This document shows positions 61,301-64,000 of a stretch of DNA of 64,000 nucleotides, in pieces. Made by a program: the position numbers and the translations under genes. This DNA is from Azolla caroliniana (taxonomy: Eukaryota > Plantae > Polypodiophyta), in NCBI GenBank assembly GCA_043228905.1, contig JBHGNT010000017.1:4960001-5024000 (forward strand), read 5' to 3'. Every line of letters begins with the position of its first letter. Position 1 is the stretch's first letter. The notes under the pieces were generated by a model. That model saw nothing but the letters and a program-made list of their open reading frames with translations, did no database searches and was not told the DNA's origin.

Positions 61301-64000
61301 AGGAAGCTGAGGAGACGGCTTATGCGCAAAGAGAAAGGGAAGAAGAAGGTGTCGGATTCCGGCACGGATAGGAACGAGTCAGACTGACGCGAGTCCGACT
61401 CCGAGGGAACCGGTGACGGGTCTTTAAAGGTGATGTCTGCGTCCACCGAGAAGGCCTCGACATCGGCTAATGTGAGATTATGCCGATCTACCCGCCAGAA
61501 GAATCCTGTTTTGCGGTTCGGATACAACGAGTACATGGCGCATCACTATGTGTACAAGACCTGTATAGCGGAAGTGCGTGAGCCGGAGAGCTACGCAGAA
61601 GCGGCGAAGGATGCGAATTGGCACGCCGCGATGGAGGAAGAAATGCACGCATAGGCAGAAAACGAGACCTGGGATGTGGTTGACGCACCGAAGGGTGTGA
61701 AGCCGATCGGATGTAGGTCGGTGTACAAGGTCAAGTACAACACCGACGGCTCGGTCAACCGATACAAGGCCCGGTAAGTGGCAAAAGGTTACGCGCAGAA
61801 ACACGGCATCGACTACAATGAGACGTTTGCGCCGGTCGCGAAAATGACGACCGTCCGTGTTTTGCTCGCAGTAGCTGCGGTGAAGGGGTGGCACTTACAT
61901 CAGATGGATGTAAAGAATGCGTTCCTGCAAGGTGACCTTGAGGAATTGGTGTACATGGTACAACCCCCCAGATTTCACTTTGGAACGAACTCCTCGGCAG
62001 TATGCCGACTGAAGAAGTCCCTTTACGGACTGAAGCAAGCCCCGCGTGCCTGGAACGCGAAGATCACGCAACAACTGCGTCGGATGGGCTTTGTCACGTC
62101 AAAATCGGACTCTTCCCTGTTCATCCGGAAAGGTCGACTCGAACCGGTTAGTATTTTACTATATGTTGAGGACTTGGTCATCACCGGCGCCGACCTAGGA
62201 GAAATCGACCGCGTGAAGCTCCAGCTTGCGGCATCGTTCGACATGAAGGATTTGGGGGACCTTCATTATTTCCTCAGGATCAAAGTGATCCGTACCCCCG
62301 AAGGCATATTGATCAGCCAATGTCATTACGTTGTCGCGTTCCTACGCGCGTGCGTGGAGAAGGGCGGGACCACGGGGGTCTTGGACTAAGGAGTAGAGGA
62401 GAAGGAATCGGACATGGAATGGAAGCTTTGCTCAAGAAGAAGAAGAATGAACAAGAGATTAGATCGAACAAGAGGAAGATGGAGACAAGATGATCAACAA
62501 GATATATTAAAACGAAATGAACGATTACAAAATGGTGGCCGCATAGGCCGCACCACACGACTCCTCGAAACCCTAACCGACGAAGATGAAGATAAAGATA
62601 AAGAAACCCTAACCCTAACCCTAACACCACACGACTCCTCGAAACCCTAACCGACGAAGATGAAGATAAATATAAAGAAACCCTAACCCTAACCCTAACG
62701 CTCGACCTATGTGGTATACCTCGCACACTCAAAATAGGCAACCCCCACAATGGTGCCTTCTCTCTCCTTTTATAGCACAAGGAGGGAAGACCGTTTTCAA
62801 AAGTGAGACTAAAATATCCCCTTTCATTCAAAGGGGATATTTGCCTTGATTTGGGGAAGGGTGAGATTGATGGCCCCTTAACTCCCACCTCCTCACAAAC
62901 AACTAGGTACCTATGTACCGCATAGTACCTCTCTCTCTCTCGCACGTGGATGTGCGCACAAGACCACATCACCTTTATACCTTAGGGATCTTATGGGGGC
63001 ATTCCTAGCACCATGCACTTTACCCTTATTACTATTACAAATACATTATGTACGTGTGCAACGTTGCACATCGCTCTTTGGCTCTCGTTGCTCGGGTTTC
63101 CGCTTGTGGACGAAAATGTTCATGACAACGTGCTGAGTATGCTCTTCAAATTCGGGATGACCGATTGTAAGTCCGTCTCGACTCCTCTAGACAAAACTGT
63201 CAAGCTTCGTCCGGATACGGGAAATGTATGCAACCCGACAAGGTTCCGACAAATTGTCGGAAGCCTCATATACTTGACCATCACCCGACCCGACCTCAGT
63301 TATCCAGTCGGAGTGATCAGTCAGTTCATGGCGCGACCTACCGAGGAGCACCTCCAGTGTGCGCAACACATACTTTGGTATGTGAACGGCACTAAGGACC
63401 GGGGACTGCTATATCAGACCGGTGTAGCCGCGCAGTTAGTCGACTACACCGATGCTGATTGGGCTGGCAACGCCGCCGATCGCCGATCCACGTCCGGATA
63501 CGTGTTCTCCCTCGGGAGTGCCGCGATCGCGTGGAGCAGTAAGAAGCAGACGACAGTTGCATTGTCGAGCACCGAAGCTGAGTACCGAGGAGCGGCTGTC
63601 GCGACATGCGATGCCATATGGTTGAAGCGGCTACTTAAGGACCTGCAAGAGGAGATGTCAGATCCGACGACGATCTACTGCGACAACCTCAGCAACATCC
63701 AGCTCGCAAAAAACCCCGTTTTCCACGCACGGACCAAGCACATTGAGGTGAACTACCATTTCGTTCGTGAGCGTGTTCTTTCCGGTGAAGTCGAACTTCA
63801 GTACGTTCCGACGGATCGGCAGACTGCCGACATCTTCACCAAGCCTCTTGGTCTGGACAAGTTGCAGCAATTCTCAGGTGCGCTCGGATTGCGTCACCTC
63901 AACGTGTCGAACTTGAGGGGGAGAAACAGTCCCGAACGACCAAGCGAGGCAACATCGACTGAAGAAGCCGAGGGCGGACCCGCGGAAAGGAGAGAGCCGA
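58309..64000 (+). mobile_element. Ty1/copia element F (same family as C), near full length, runs off the window
   Basis: LTR 58309-58763, PBS TGGTATCAGAGC 58764-58775. Gag from 58836, CWYCGKKGHRESEC, WYVDSGASNHM, integrase, RT and RNase H, with scattered stops. Confidence 0.93.
62332..63127 (-). mobile_element. Gypsy solo LTR of the G lineage inside copia F RT
   Basis: Starts TGTCGCGTTCCTACGCGCGTGCGTGGAGAA like 37531 and 43880, ends CATGACA. Perfect 4-bp TSD ACGT/ACGT. Contains a 74-bp duplication (62551, 62625) with (CCCTAA)3. Confidence 0.9.

Noticed and set aside
62604-62698. Interstitial telomere or chromosome fusion scar
   Set aside because: Only three units per run, inside a solo LTR bounded by a TSD.

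Overview
Eukaryotic land-plant nuclear DNA; a non-seed plant such as a fern or bryophyte is an inference from the TE types. The first ~7.7 kb holds two convergent genes. One is a two-exon OBERON-family PHD-finger gene (OBE3/4-like, + strand). The other is a four-exon alpha-tubulin (- strand) with intact splice sites but an in-frame TAA at Lys164, preceded by a triple MSA (AACGG) box. A ~90-bp plastid 16S rRNA fragment abuts a decayed LINE at ~8.1 kb. The remaining ~56 kb is a nested retrotransposon pile, up to four layers deep, of L1-like LINEs, Ty1/copia elements and solo LTRs, and a Ty3/gypsy lineage primed by tRNA-Trp. The main finding is that all six resolvable insertions with this lineage's TGTC-type termini made 4-bp target duplications centred on CG (ACGT x3, ACGG, RCGG, CCGG). 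All six lie inside other TEs, and one lies inside a relative's own primer-binding site. The copia insertions here show ordinary 5-bp TSDs. All coordinates and alignments were read by eye and no database searches were run.
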